From Octopus vulgaris (lineage: Eukaryota), in NCBI GenBank assembly GCA_951406725.2, contig OX597823.1, positions 3,348,001 to 3,412,000 of the forward strand: a stretch of 64,000 nt of DNA, written 5' to 3'. The position numbers and the translations under genes are program-made. The notes under the pieces were generated by a model, which made no database searches, had not been told where the DNA came from, and saw nothing but the letters and a program-made list of their open reading frames with translations. This document shows positions 13,579 through 26,475 of this stretch, one piece after another. Each line of letters begins with the position of its first letter. Within the stretch, counting starts at the first letter, position 1.

Positions 13579-13745
13579 TAGGTGCAGGAGTGGCTGTGTG
13601 GTAAGTAGCTTGCTAACCAGCCACATGGTTACAGGTTCAGTCCCACTGCTTGGCATCTTGGGCAAGTGTCTTCTGCTATAGCCCCGGGCCGACCAATGCC
13701 TTGTGAGTGGATTTGGTAGATGGAAACTGAAAGTAGCCTGTCGTA

Positions 13746-13785
<40 letters not shown>

Positions 13786-14000
13786 AGTGTGTGTGTTTGT
13801 CCCCCTAGCATTGCTTGACAACCGATGCTGGTGTGTTTACGTCCCCGTCACTTAGCGGTTCGGCAAAAGAGACCGATAGAATAAGTACTGGGCTTACAAA
13901 AGAATAAGTCCCGGGGTTGAGTTGCTTGATTAAAGGTGGTGCTGCAGCATGGCCGCAGTCAAATGATTGAAACGAGTAAAAGAGTAAAAGAGAAAAGAGT
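13579..14000 (+). mobile_element. tRNA-derived SINE family 1, full-length representative
   Basis: A box tggctgtgtgg, B box ggttcagtccc, a central (TA)/(TG) tract and tail cagcatggccgcagtcaaatga(c/t)tgaaac..(aaaagagt)n. Other copies: ~185-575(-), 15750-16080, 26784-26958, 27005-27372(-), 28680-29190(-), 32480-33070, 38600-38940(-), 39001-39395, 40710-41092(-), 49565-49925(-), 53835-54268 and 58408-58752(-). Confidence 0.88.
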
Positions 14001-14836
14001 AATACACACATACACACATACATACATTCATACACACATACATACATACAATACATACATACATACATACATACATACATACATACACACATACATACAT
14101 ACATTCATACATACATACATAAATACATACACACATACATACATACATTCATACATACATACATACACACATACATACATACATACACACATACACACAT
14201 ACATACATACATACATACATACATACATACATACATACACACACACACATACATACATACATACATACATACATACACACATACACACACATACATACAT
14301 ACATACATACATACATACATACATACATACATACATACATACACACATACATACATACATACATACATACACACATACATACACACATACATACATACAC
14401 ACATACATACATACATAGATACACACATACATACATACATACATACATACACACATACATACATACATACATACATACATACACACATACATACACACAT
14501 ACATACATACATACATACATACACACATACATACATACATACATACACACACATACATACATACACACACACACATACATACATACATACATACATACAC
14601 ACACACATACATACATACATACATATGTACATACGCACACATACACACACACACATACATACATACATACACACACACATACATACATACATACATACAT
14701 ACATACATACATACATACATACATACACACACATACACATACACACATACATACATACGCAATATTTGTGTGTCTCTCTCTGTTTGTGTATTTGCTTCAA
14801 AACTTCATAAAATAATGAAAAGTTGTTACTCCTTAC

Positions 14837-14915
14837 CTGAAGTGGAACTCTGAGTGTTGCCGGGAAAGAGGACCGTTAGAAAGACCAGCAGAAATTGTTT
14901 TCTAATTGAAGCCAT
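14837..14915 (-). CDS. Probable first coding exon of an unidentified secreted or membrane protein (MASIRKQFLLVFLTVLFPGNTQSSTS + phase-1 G)
   Basis: gacATGG start context, a basic N-region (RK), a hydrophobic core (FLLVFLTVLF) and a polar C-region, followed by a strong donor CAG|gtaagg. It sits in a non-repetitive island between microsatellites. Confidence 0.6.
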
Positions 14916-15202
14916 GTCAATATTAATGAAATTATTGCTTTTGGATCGTAGGAAAACTGAACGATGCCAAATTAATGAAGAGAAACGGATTTGGAGAAAG
15001 TTGAAAAGTTTGCTGCTTCCTTTGGTTCGTGTTTCCTTCTGAGCGAGCACCGACTTTAACACTTCACTTGCGCAAGCTCACACCCACATCACCTCTGTAC
15101 CACACTCCCTCACCATATGGATGCATGTGTGTGTGTGTGTGTGTGTTTATTTATCTTGACAAACACATGTGTTGATATATACACACACATATATATACAC
15201 AC

Positions 15203-15259
<57 letters not shown>

Positions 15260-15266
15260 TATATAT

Positions 15267-15319
<53 letters not shown>

Positions 15320-15523
15320 CATCAACATCATGCTAATAATGATTACATAACATATACATTTATATACATATATAACATATGTATATATGTTTGTAAACAT
15401 ACATACACATTTTGATGTGAGTGTGTGTGTGTGTGTATATATATGTGTGCATGTGTGTGTGTGTATGTATGTGTGTGCACGTGAGTGTATGTATATATAC
15501 ATATATATATATGCACGTGAGTG

Positions 15524-15576
<53 letters not shown>

Positions 15577-16163
15577 GTGTGTGCATGATGTTTGTATAGA
15601 TTTATTACTCCCATTGCAATAAATATTTGTTTCCATTTTGTTTGTGTCTTTTGCTAAAAATGTGACCTTCTCAAATTACAGCATTTTGATTTGTGCAGTG
15701 ACTCAGAATCAATCTGTCATGCATACCAAGGAACCACAGTATGTAAGTGTGTGTGGGTTCAATCCCACTGCATGGCACCTTCAGCAAGTTTGCCTTCAAA
15801 ACTATAGCCTCAGGATGACTAAAGCCCTGCGAAAGGATTGGGTTGAAGGAAACTTGAAGGAGCCTGTCACGTGTGTGTGTTGTGTATTTTGGTCTCCCAC
15901 CACCATTTGGTAACTGGTGTTGCTGTGTTTACATCCCTATAACTTAGCAGTTCGGCAAAAGAGACCGATAGAATAAGAAGAAAAATATAAGTACTGGTGT
16001 TGACTCATTCGACTAAAATTCTTCTTCAAGGCAGTGCTCCAGCATGGCCACAGTCTAAAGACAGAAACAAGTAAAAGATACATATATAATTATTATGAGA
16101 ATACTATTGACAGTGACTTTAAAGTTTCAGACAACTAATATATATACATATACACACATATAC

Positions 16164-16204
<41 letters not shown>

Positions 16205-16649
16205 AATTGAGAATATTGGTAAAATGAGACATACTTATCTACATCAAACAGCTGTAGATGTAATCTATATAATTATATTTACTTGTATTTATATTCTCTT
16301 TTATATATATTCTAATTATTATACAACATTCTCTTTTATGTACACTTTTATGTACATTCCTTTATGTACACTGATTTGTTCTGCTTTTTATCTTTAACCC
16401 TACAGTCTCTTATGTGGTGGTTTAATAGTATGTGATTGAGTATTTTCTGGTAATTGATATTTGATTTAGATGTATTTCTCCATTTTCTTATCTTGTATTA
16501 ATAATTTGTGTAATCATTTACTTTGCCCATATACAGTAAATGAATTGATAGCATCGCAATCATTCATTTATGTATTAACTTTGGGTACTTCACTAGCAGT
16601 ATATTGATATATGTTATCCCATAGAGGTTCATTTACAACCCTATTCAAT

Positions 16650-16753
16650 TAATATATATATATATATATATGTATATGTATATGTATATTTATATGTTTT
16701 TTTTTTTTTTTTTTTTTTTTTTTTTGTGTGTTGTATTATATATATATATATTA

Positions 16754-16826
<73 letters not shown>

Positions 16827-17374
16827 ATATATATATATATATATACTATTAGAATATTACCTTTACCCATTTAATACAATAGATGAACTGATTGCTTGAC
16901 AATTTTTAACATCTATGTATTAATTTTTTTCCTATCTAGCAGTATATTGGATATATATTATCCCATGGTGGGTTGAATTTTCACTATCTCATTTTATAAT
17001 ATATATATATATATATATATATAAAGGAAATGAAGAAAATGTACAAATAATTTAAGTAAGGAGAGTGTATTTAATTAGGTGTTCTTTTTAAACAAAAAAA
17101 GAAAAATTGGTTAGAATACAATGTTCATTTTTTGTGAAGATTTCAGTGTATAAGAAAAAATGAGTCTTTTACAGTGTTCTGTTTCAGAATAAGATATTTA
17201 GTAAAAGCGTTAATATACAGTTTTGTGGAAAGTTCAATGTAAGATTTGTGTAGAATGAAAAAAAAGGTTTACCGGTTGCGCATTTGTTATGTATCAAAAG
17301 ATATTTTGGTGAATGGTTCCTTTCTGATTGATTTTTTTCTTATCGACTTTATGTTGGTTTGCTGTCTCTTATAT

Positions 17375-17455
<81 letters not shown>

Positions 17456-17495
17456 ACACACACACATATATATATATACATATATATATATTATG

Positions 17496-17533
<38 letters not shown>

Positions 17534-17580
17534 CATATAAATATACATATACAAATACATATATATATATATATATATAT
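16650..17580. repeat. (TA)n and poly-T low-complexity zone
   Basis: Interleaved TA runs and T homopolymers of up to about 35 nt. Confidence 0.85.
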
Positions 17581-17715
17581 TATGAAATAGGGGTTGTAAA
17601 TGCAACCCTCCATGGGATAACGTATATCCAATATACTGCTAGTGAAGTACCCAACAAAGTTAATACATAAATGTTAATGATTGTGATGCTATCAATTCAT
17701 TTATATGTATGTATG

Positions 17716-17756
<41 letters not shown>

Positions 17757-17784
17757 TTACATGCACACATCAATATGTATTTCT

Positions 17785-18440
17785 CTTTTTAGTTTCAGCT
17801 CAGAGCTGTGGCCATGCAGGTGCACCACCGTTTTGCTACACTGTTATTACTAAGAGCCTCCTCTAATATGTGGCACTTGGTGAAGAAAGGAGTTTGATAT
17901 AGCTACCTTCATTTGCACCTCTTGCAATCAGAGTCTTTGGGAGAATATTAAAAAGCTGTGGGCCCTTGAAACCCAGGCTGTTGCAGTAGCCGGTCCTGAA
18001 GCGTGATGGCATTGCTGGGATCTTTGGCACCATGCAGTGTCATCCCGTTCTAGCATTTGTGTAGCTTACAATGCCAAAATTTGGCACAATTCCTTCCAGG
18101 ATCTTCCAGACATATATTACTGCATACTTCTCCCGTCTTCTCTCCAGGGAGTAGAGTCTTAGCTGTTTCAACCTTTCCCAGTAGCTGAGTTGTTGCAAAG
18201 AGACGATCTTCTTTGTGAATCTTCTCTGGATTGCTTCAAGGTCCGCTGTTAATTTCACACTGGTGGGTGACCATAGCTGTGAGCAGTAATCCAGGTGGCT
18301 GAGGACGAATGTCCACCAGAGGACCATCATGGTTTCCTTATCTCTGGTTCTGAATGTTCTTAGGATCCACCCAGCCATCGTCTGCACTTTGTCGCCATCC
18401 TGGTAATGTGCACTTGGAAAGAGGTATCATCACTCATGTT
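17785..18440 (-). mobile_element. CR1-clade LINE 3' fragment (second family)
   Basis: ORF 18040..18387 contains LDYCSQLWSP...LEAIQRRFTK...YWERLKQLRLYSLERRR. Its tail reads ggtgcacctgcatggccacagctctgagctgaaac. Confidence 0.85.
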
Positions 18441-18759
18441 AGATCAGTAAGCTCTATGTGACATAGGAAAATTTATATAGGGAGTACTATTGATTTTAAA
18501 AATGGATATAGGGGACACTCCAGTATAAAAAATTCCACGACATTAAACACCTCAAAGAGTCTAAAATTGAGTATAATTAAAGGTGGTCAATAATTATTGA
18601 ATCAACACCATGTAACACACACACTAAATCTTGTAGGCTTCACATAAAGGAATCGAGTAGCATCGAGCCCAAGTACTCATTCTATTGGGGTCTCTTTTGT
18701 GAGGCTGCTAATTTATGGGGATGTAAATATACCAACATTAGTTGGCAAGCAATGTATAA

Positions 18760-19862
18760 AAACTTAGATATGTTTCGACCAAAGATCGGTCCAGGCCATG
18801 TCTAACTTAATAGCACCGCCTGATAGGATTATCTAAATCCTTTTTAAGTCAAGCTTTATGTTCCATTCAAGTAGTGAGTTCTTGTTGAGTGAGTTGTATC
18901 CAGGTATAGGTGGCTTATCTGGTATTCCTTGAAGAAATCTGTCCAGACTCCGTTTAAAGGTGATGGGATCCTTTTCCTCTTTAATCAGTTTTGGGACAAT
19001 GTTAAATAGGGCAGGGCCTGTTGAGGAAAAGAAATTATGTCGCAGTGTACCTATATGTTGTGATCTTGAATTGGACGGAGGACGTATGGCCCGTGGTCCC
19101 AGCCTTGGATGAACCTTGAAACTAATGTTCAGGTCATTTGGGCAATGCTGGTGGTATATTCTCCACGCCGTACAAATGATGTACCGCTCACGGCGACGCT
19201 GGAGAGAGTAGGGTTTCAAGGCTTTAAAGCGGTCCCGGTAATCAAGATCAGTCATGCCTTCAATTCGTTTAGTGAGTGCCCTCTGGGGTGATTCAATTCT
19301 CGAGATGTTTCGTTTTGTATGGGGAGACCACAGTGGGCAGCAGTATTCGAGGTGTGACCATACAAAAGAGAAAAGTGGAATGATGACACCTTGTTCTCTG
19401 GACCGGAAGGTTCTTAAGATCTAGGGGCTCATCCTACGAGCTATATTGACCTTATTGTTGATGTGGGCACTCCAACTGAGATTGTTATCAACAATTACAC
19501 CCAGGTCTTTGGTATTGTTAGAGGCTGTGAGCGGTTCCCCTGAAGGAAGAGAGTATGGCTGTTTTAATATAGTCTTTCTTCCAAAATGCATCAGCTCAAA
19601 TTTTCCCTCGTTCAGTTGCATTTTGTTTTTGTTTGCCCATTGACTCACAGCATATAGATCAAACTGGAGTTGAGTTCGGTCTGCTTCTTCATTGATGATT
19701 TACTGGAGCTTGGTGTCATCAGCAAATATTTTCACTTTGCCGTAATGTACGACACTGGAAAGGTCATTTATGTAAATTATAAAGAGGAGTGGGCCCAAGA
19801 CAGTCCCTTGAAGGACACCACTAGTGACATTTGCTGGGCTTGAGTAGACTCCATTGACCACA
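18760..19862 (-). mobile_element. 5'-truncated CR1-clade LINE relic
   Basis: The minus strand reads VTSGVLQGTVLGPLLFIIYINDL...KIFADDTKL, KDLGVIVD and YSLQRRRERY...GPALFN. There is a 3' UTR hairpin at 18764-18805. Confidence 0.9.
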
Positions 19863-22555
19863 AGAACCCTTCACATGATCCGAGATTTAGGGACATCCTC
19901 ATCAAGAAATTTGATGAGAGGGAGGAGGAGCTACAGATATAGGACATAGAAGGTAGCTGGAAATTCATACGGGACAGCTTGCTGAGTGCCACAGACCAAG
20001 TCTGCGGATGGTGCAAAATCCCTTCCAGATCTAGTGTTACATGGTGGTGGAATAGTACGGTAGACAAAGCCATTAGAGCAAAGAAACAGGCCTGGAAAGC
20101 CTGGAAGGGTGGGGGTTGCAGGGAACTGTACCAGGTAGCCAAAAAGGAAGGCTGAGCAGCAGGTATACATAGCCAGGGGTGAAGCGGAAAAGAAATTTGC
20201 AAATGTCCAGCGACGTGAGGACCAAAGAACTGAGATATTTTGGATTGCAAGACAGTGTGTGAGAGAAAATTGTGATGTCACAGGAGAGAAATGTGTCCAC
20301 ATGGATGATGGTGCACTTGCTTTTAATGTTGGTGAAAAGAAAGAGGCTTGGAGAAGTCATTATGAAAGACTGCTGAATGTGGAGAATGAATGGGAGGAGG
20401 AGAGCCTGCCAAATGTTGACCCAGTAGAAGAAACAGTTATCCCAATAGACAGCTCCCTTGTAGGTAAAGCAATTAAGGGTATGAAGCCAGGAAAAGCCTC
20501 TGGCCCATCAGCAATCACTGCTGAGGTGCTTAAAACATCTGGTGGTGTGGGCTACGGCCTAGTCACCCGCATTGTAAACCAGGTAGTTCATGATAGAGTC
20601 ATACCCAATGACTGGTGTAGCAGCACCATAGTCAACTGCCACAAGGGTAAAGGTGATGCTCTAGACAGAAATAACTACAGGGGTATCAAACTGCTGGATC
20701 AGGTGATGAAGGTCACAGAGAGGGTCATAGCCCATTTCATTAGGGAGAGAATCTGCTTAGATGAGATGCAGTTCAGTTTTGTGCCGGGTAGAAGCACCAC
20801 TGATGCCATATTCCTGGTTCGATAATTGCAGAAGAAATACCTAGCTAAAGATAAACCCTGCTACATAGCTTTGGTGGACTTGGAGAAAGCCTTTGACAGG
20901 GTCCCCCGTTCCCTTATCTGGTGGGCGATGTGGAAACTCGAGATTGACAAATAGTTAATAAGGGCTGTACAGGCCCTATACAGAGAGGCCGTTAGCAAGG
21001 TTAGGATTGGCAATGAGTATAGTGAAGAATTCTGAGTAGAAGTAGGGGTCCACCAAGGTTCAGCCCCCTTTTATTTATCATAGTCCTCCAGGCAATAACA
21101 GAGGAATTCAAGACAAGTTGCCCCTGGGAGGTCTTCTATGCTGATGACCTGGCCCTCATAGCAGAATCACTACTGGAACTAGAAAAGAAATTTCAGGTGT
21201 GGAAGCAAGGTTTAGAATCAAAGGGCCTAAGAGTAAATGTAGCAAAGACCAAAGTTATAGTAAGTAGGAAGGCAAACTCACCACACACCCCTTCAGGTAG
21301 GTGGCTCTGCTCGATCTGTAGAAAAGGTGTAGGGAGAAACTCCATAAGATGTACCCAGTGTAAGCTATGGATACATAAGAGGTGCAGCAACATCAAAGGA
21401 AAACTAACCGAGAAGATAGCTTTCGTGTGCGGCAGATGCACAGGGGCAATAGACACCATTGATACTCAGAGAACAGATTCTATTACACTCCAGAGGGAGA
21501 AACTAGAAGTTGTTGATAGTTTCTGTTACCTAGGTGACCAAGTTAGTAGTGGACGTGGATGCTCAGAGAGTGTTACCACTAGAATAAAAATAGCCTGGGC
21601 AAAGTTTAGAAAGCTTCTACCCCTAATAGTGACAAAGGGCCTCTCGCTCAGAGTGAAAGGTAGATTGTACGATGAACGTGTATGAACTGCCATGCTTCAC
21701 AGTAGTGAAATATGGGCTGTGACTGCAGAGGACATGCGTAGGCTTGAAAGAAATGAAGCTGGCATGATCTGCTGGATGTGTAATGTCAGTGTGTATACAC
21801 GGCAGAGTGTAAGTGCCCTGAGAGAAATGCTGGACATAAGAAGCATTGGATATGGTGTGCAAGAGAGACGTCTGCACTGGCATGGTCATGTACTACTGAT
21901 GTATGAGGAGAGATGTGTGAAGAAGTGCCACTCCCAAATAGTTGAAGGAATCTGGGGTAGAGGTTGACCCAGGAAGACATGGGATGAGGTGGTCAAGCAT
22001 GACTTTCAAACGTTGGGCCTCACAGTGGCAATGACGAAAGACTGAGACCTCTGGAGATGTGCTGTGACTATGAAGACCCGACAAATAGCGTGAGTTCATG
22101 GCTGTTTCCTGCATCAGCTTCACATAGAAACCCCAGCCCATCCAAAGTACCTTGGATCGCAGGACAGCCTGCTGTGCTTACCTTGGATTGTAGGGCGACC
22201 TGCTGTGCTTGAGGAGACCTTTTGAGTCAAGTACATCAACATCAAAACTCAAATGGAAATTGTAGTTGTGATACCTGTGCCGGTGGCACATAAAAAGCAC
22301 CATCCAAATGTGGCCGATGCCAGCGCCACCTTGACTGGCTTCCATGCCGGTAGCATGTAAAAAGCACTCATTACACTCACAGAGTTGTTGGTGTTAGGAA
22401 GGGCATCCAGCTGTAGAAACTCTGCCAGATCAGACTGAAGCCTGGTGCAGCCTCCTGGCTTCTCAAACCTGGGTCGCACCGTCCAACCCATGCTAGTATG
22501 GAAAACGGACATTAGACGACGATGATGATGATGATGATGACGATGATGATGATGA
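19863..22555 (+). mobile_element. 5'-truncated RTE-clade LINE (degenerate ORF2 RT, 3' UTR and (GAT)n tail)
   Basis: TWWWN, NYRGIKLL, QFSFVPGRSTTDAIF, DLEKAFDRV, YADD (21137-21148), YLG and WHGHV motifs, with stops and frameshifts. It ends in the family 3' UTR ...ccaacccatgctag...ggac(g/a)tta..(gat)n. Confidence 0.92.
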
Positions 22556-23779
22556 TCATCATCATCATCGTTTAACGTCCGTTTTCCATGCTAGCACGGG
22601 TTATATATATATATATACAAGCTTCTTTCAGTTTCCTTCTACCAAATCCCCTCACAAGGCTTTGGTTGGTCCGAGGCTATATTAGAAGACACTTTCCCAA
22701 GGTGCCATGCAGTGGGACTGAACCTGGAACCATGTGGTTGGTAAGCAAGCTACTTACCACACAGCCCCTAAATACAAAACAACACCACAGAGGAACCGAC
22801 ATAAGCTCAAATAATAAACCCTGATGGGTGAACCGCGAAATGGCGAGGGTTTGCTGTATCTTTTATCTCTTATCTTTCCCTTCTTTCCACCATTAGACTA
22901 CGTCCATGCTGGAGCACTGTCTTGAAGGATTTTAGGTGAATAAATAAACTGTAGGGCTTATTTTTCTTTAAAGCCCTGTATTTATTCTATTGGTATCTTT
23001 TGCTGGACTGCCAAGTTACAGGGATGCAAGCAAACTAACACTGGCTGTCAAGTGGTGGTGGTGATGGTGGTGCTCCACTTTTCCTGCTTGCATGGGTCAG
23101 ATGGAATTTGTGGAGGTGAATTTTCTATGGTTTTAGAATGTCCTTCCTGCCACTACTCCTCATGCATTTGCGAGTAATTTAATATTTCCCTGAAGCATGT
23201 TTTTCGCCTCCTTTATTTTATGAAAGATTGGAAAGAAATGATGCTCATCTCGACATCGCCCGATGGTTTCACAACTGTCACGTGATGTCTAGACAAAGAA
23301 ACACACACGCACACACGCATACACATAAACACACACACAGGTACCCACAGATACATACATATACGTGCATGTGCACTCGATGGACATCCTTCAGTTTCCG
23401 TCTACCAAATCGACTCACAAGGTCCTGGTCAGTCCGTTACAGCTGGAGGTTGACTTTTTCATCAACTGGGATGAGGGTAAAGGCTGGTGGGGTATTGGGA
23501 GACACAGACATGGATATGTGGGTCACACATACTCGCTTTCAAAACAGGTCGTCTCGAGTTCAGTTCCACCTTGGGTAATATGGCTCAACCCGAAACGACA
23601 TAATTTGGCAGCAAGTTTTTGACCACCCAGCCATGCCTGCCCCTGCCAATACTTGACAGACTCCACTCCACACAAGGAGATTAAAAAGTGAATGTGATTC
23701 GGACAGCATTTTATCTCAGAATATTCTCGGATGTAAACAGAAATCAAAAGACATTTTAAACGTCACTCTACTGATAACG

Positions 23780-24000
23780 GAAGGCAGCGAGCTGGCAGAA
23801 CCGTTAGCACGCCGGGTGTGATGCTTAGCGGTATGTGGTCTGTCTTTACGTTCTGAGTTCAAATTCCACCGAGGTCGACTTTGCCTTTCATCCTTTCGGG
23901 GTCGATAAATTAAGTACCAATTGCGTACTGAGATCAATTTAATCGACTGACCCCCTCCCCACACAATTTCGGGCCTTGTGTCTAGTGTGGAAAAGAATGT
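23780..24000 (+). mobile_element. tRNA-derived SINE family 2, representative
   Basis: ggcagcgagctggcagaa A box, gagttcaaattcc B box and core gcctttcatcctttcggggtcgataaattaagtacc. Other copies: ~24930-25120(-), 29012-29142, 39740-39960 and 55410-55605(-). Confidence 0.85.
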
Positions 24001-26093
24001 ATAAGACAACGAGATACAGAAACATGGGAGTGAACTCCATAGTAACTACAAGAAGAATTTGAGAGTTATTTCCCTTAGATTGTTATATTCATAACGTTAA
24101 AGATTCAGTCCTTAGACGTAATTTCAATTTCCACATACAAAGGTTATGGCTTTGCTATAATTTCAGTTGAATAACGTGAAATATTTGATGAAGTCTTAGT
24201 TAAATGGAATCTAGAGACGTGTTAAGGGAAAGATACAAATGTTTTAGACTGTGGAACTTATGAAACCATTATGTTGGGAATCAAAGTTTTCTTTACTATG
24301 CAGCCTTGCTGGAAATGAAGAAATTTCTTTTTTACATCAAACTCAAAGGTTGTCAAATATTTTAAGAATTCTTCACGTTATTGCATTCAAATATGCTCAG
24401 ATATTTTGCCAATAAATTCTAGATTTGTTAGAATGCATAATTTCCAAAAACTTTTAACACAAAAAGTCTGCATTCTTCATTAAAGCTGTTTATATTTGTT
24501 TGGAACTTTCCTCACATTCTATCCAACATTATGGCAATTTATTCACTTGGTCACTCCCACAACGGAACTAATCGATTGCGGGAGAGATTATTCATTCATC
24601 ACACCATGCAAAATTCTGCAATCTTTATTAGAAATGCCAAACTTTCACCAATTTCCGTTGACCAAATTCACCCAATTCAGAAAGCACCAATTATGTGGAT
24701 TTCCAACTTCAGCACAAAGCTGGCTATTTCAGGAGAGGTGGGTAAGTCAATTACACCGACCATAGTATACAACTGGTACTTCTTTTATTGACCCCACCAA
24801 AACGATGAAAGACAAATAAATCTTGGCAGAATTTGGTCTCAGAACATAAAGCCGGACACAATGCCGCTAAGTATTTTGCCTGGCATGTTAACCATTCTGC
24901 CAACTGACCACTTTACAAAGGACCAGTTATATGGGTTTCAAATTTTGGCACAAGGCCAGCAATTTCAGGTAAGCGGGTAAGTTGATTACATCGACCCCAG
25001 TGTTCAAGTGGTATCTAAATTATTAACTCTGAAAGGATGAAAGGCAAAGTCGACCACGGTAGAACTTGAACTCAGAATGTAAAGGCAGATGAAATGGGGG
25101 TAAGCATTTTGCCTGATATACTAATGATTGTGCCAGCTGCCTTAGAAAGAGCCAACTCTATTGAGAATTATTCATTTTCTTGCACCAAAATATGTCAATA
25201 TTTTATAAACAATTATGACATTTGCGAAAATACCTGATTTTTCCCCTTTTTTTAATATGAATAGGTCGCCATTTTCAGTGAAGAAAATATACCTGTGAAA
25301 CATTTTTTAATTTTTACATCCAAATGCATGTTAAATTTCTTCAGAATTCTGGAGTTGGCTGCTCCAAAATTTTCCTGTTTTTTTTTCAGAAAGATATTTT
25401 GCATCACTCAGACCGAAATATTTCTACTTCTTGAAAATACAAAATTTCTTCACTTTTTAAAATCTATTTGTGTGGGGTGAAATCTGTTGAGTATTGGCAG
25501 ATGCAGGCAGAAGTGTAACATTCTTTAAATGATGATGATTGTGATGACAACAATGACAATGACGATGAGAAGAAAGAAAGAAAGAAAGATAGAAACTTAT
25601 CGGAAATGGGAAATTTTGGTTATTTTACTCCGAAACCTTCTTAAATTCTTCTTAGACTCCATTTTTCATAGAACAGTTTAATTTCAAAATTTGTTTTCAT
25701 AAATATACTCAGTGGTTCTTTTAATGGTACACGCCTACGAAATCTGAAAGTTAGTCTCATTCCATCCATCTTTATACAAAAATTCTACAGAATTGTTGAT
25801 TTAGTTGTTCAAGAGTGACAGTCATGGACTGAGAAAGACATTCTGCCTCTATAACACCAAAAATATTTCTAGTTTTTGAAACTTCAGAATTCCATAATTT
25901 CTACTGTGTCTCATTTTCACCAATCTCAGAAAATGTCAAATATCTTGAGAATTCTCCATTTTGTTGAAGCCAAACATGCTTAGATATTTTCTTCTTGTAG
26001 ATTCTACAGCTCTTAGACAAGAATAGATTAGAAAGCAAGCTTCTTACCACACAGCCACTATTCATTGTTACTATTGCTATTTATTAATATTCT

Positions 26094-26475
26094 GTGGAAG
26101 CGCAATGACCCAGTGGTTAGGGCAGTGGACTCGCAGTCATAGGATCGTGGTTTTGATTCCCAGACCGGGCGTTGTTAGTCTTTATTGAGCAAAAACACCT
26201 AAAGCCCCACGAGGCTCCAGCAGGGGGTGGCGAACCCTGCTGTATTCTTTCACTACAACTTTCTCTCACTCTTTCTTCCTGTTTCTCTTGTACCTGTATT
26301 TCAAAGAGCCAGTCTTGTCCTGTTCTGTGTCACGCTGAATCTCCCTGAAAACTACGTTAAGGGTACACATGTCTGTGGAGTGCTCAGCCACTTACACGTT
26401 AATTTCACGAGCAGGCTGTTCCGTTGATCAGATCAACTGGAACCCTCATCGTCGTAACCGACGGAGTGCCACGAT
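26094..26475 (+). mobile_element. tRNA-derived SINE family 3
   Basis: tRNA-like head (gacccagtggttagggcagtggactcgc...ggttttgattccc). The body is shared with 63295-63610; a related head is at 47510-47640. Confidence 0.75.

Larger units (their letters stand above)
12050..14760. repeat. Compound (TACA)n/(CA)n microsatellite field interrupted by two insertions
   Basis: Tracts at ~12050-12660, 12880-13575 and 14000-14760. Confidence 0.95.

Noticed and set aside
11989-14800. Long ORFs rich in H/T/Y/I or M/Y/V/C (up to 244 aa)
   Set aside because: They are translations of (TACA)n/(CA)n microsatellites, which lack stop codons by composition.
18764-18805. Hairpin followed by GAAAC in the CR1 3' UTR
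   Set aside because: There is no CUGANGA core; it is better explained as the LINE tail recognition stem-loop.
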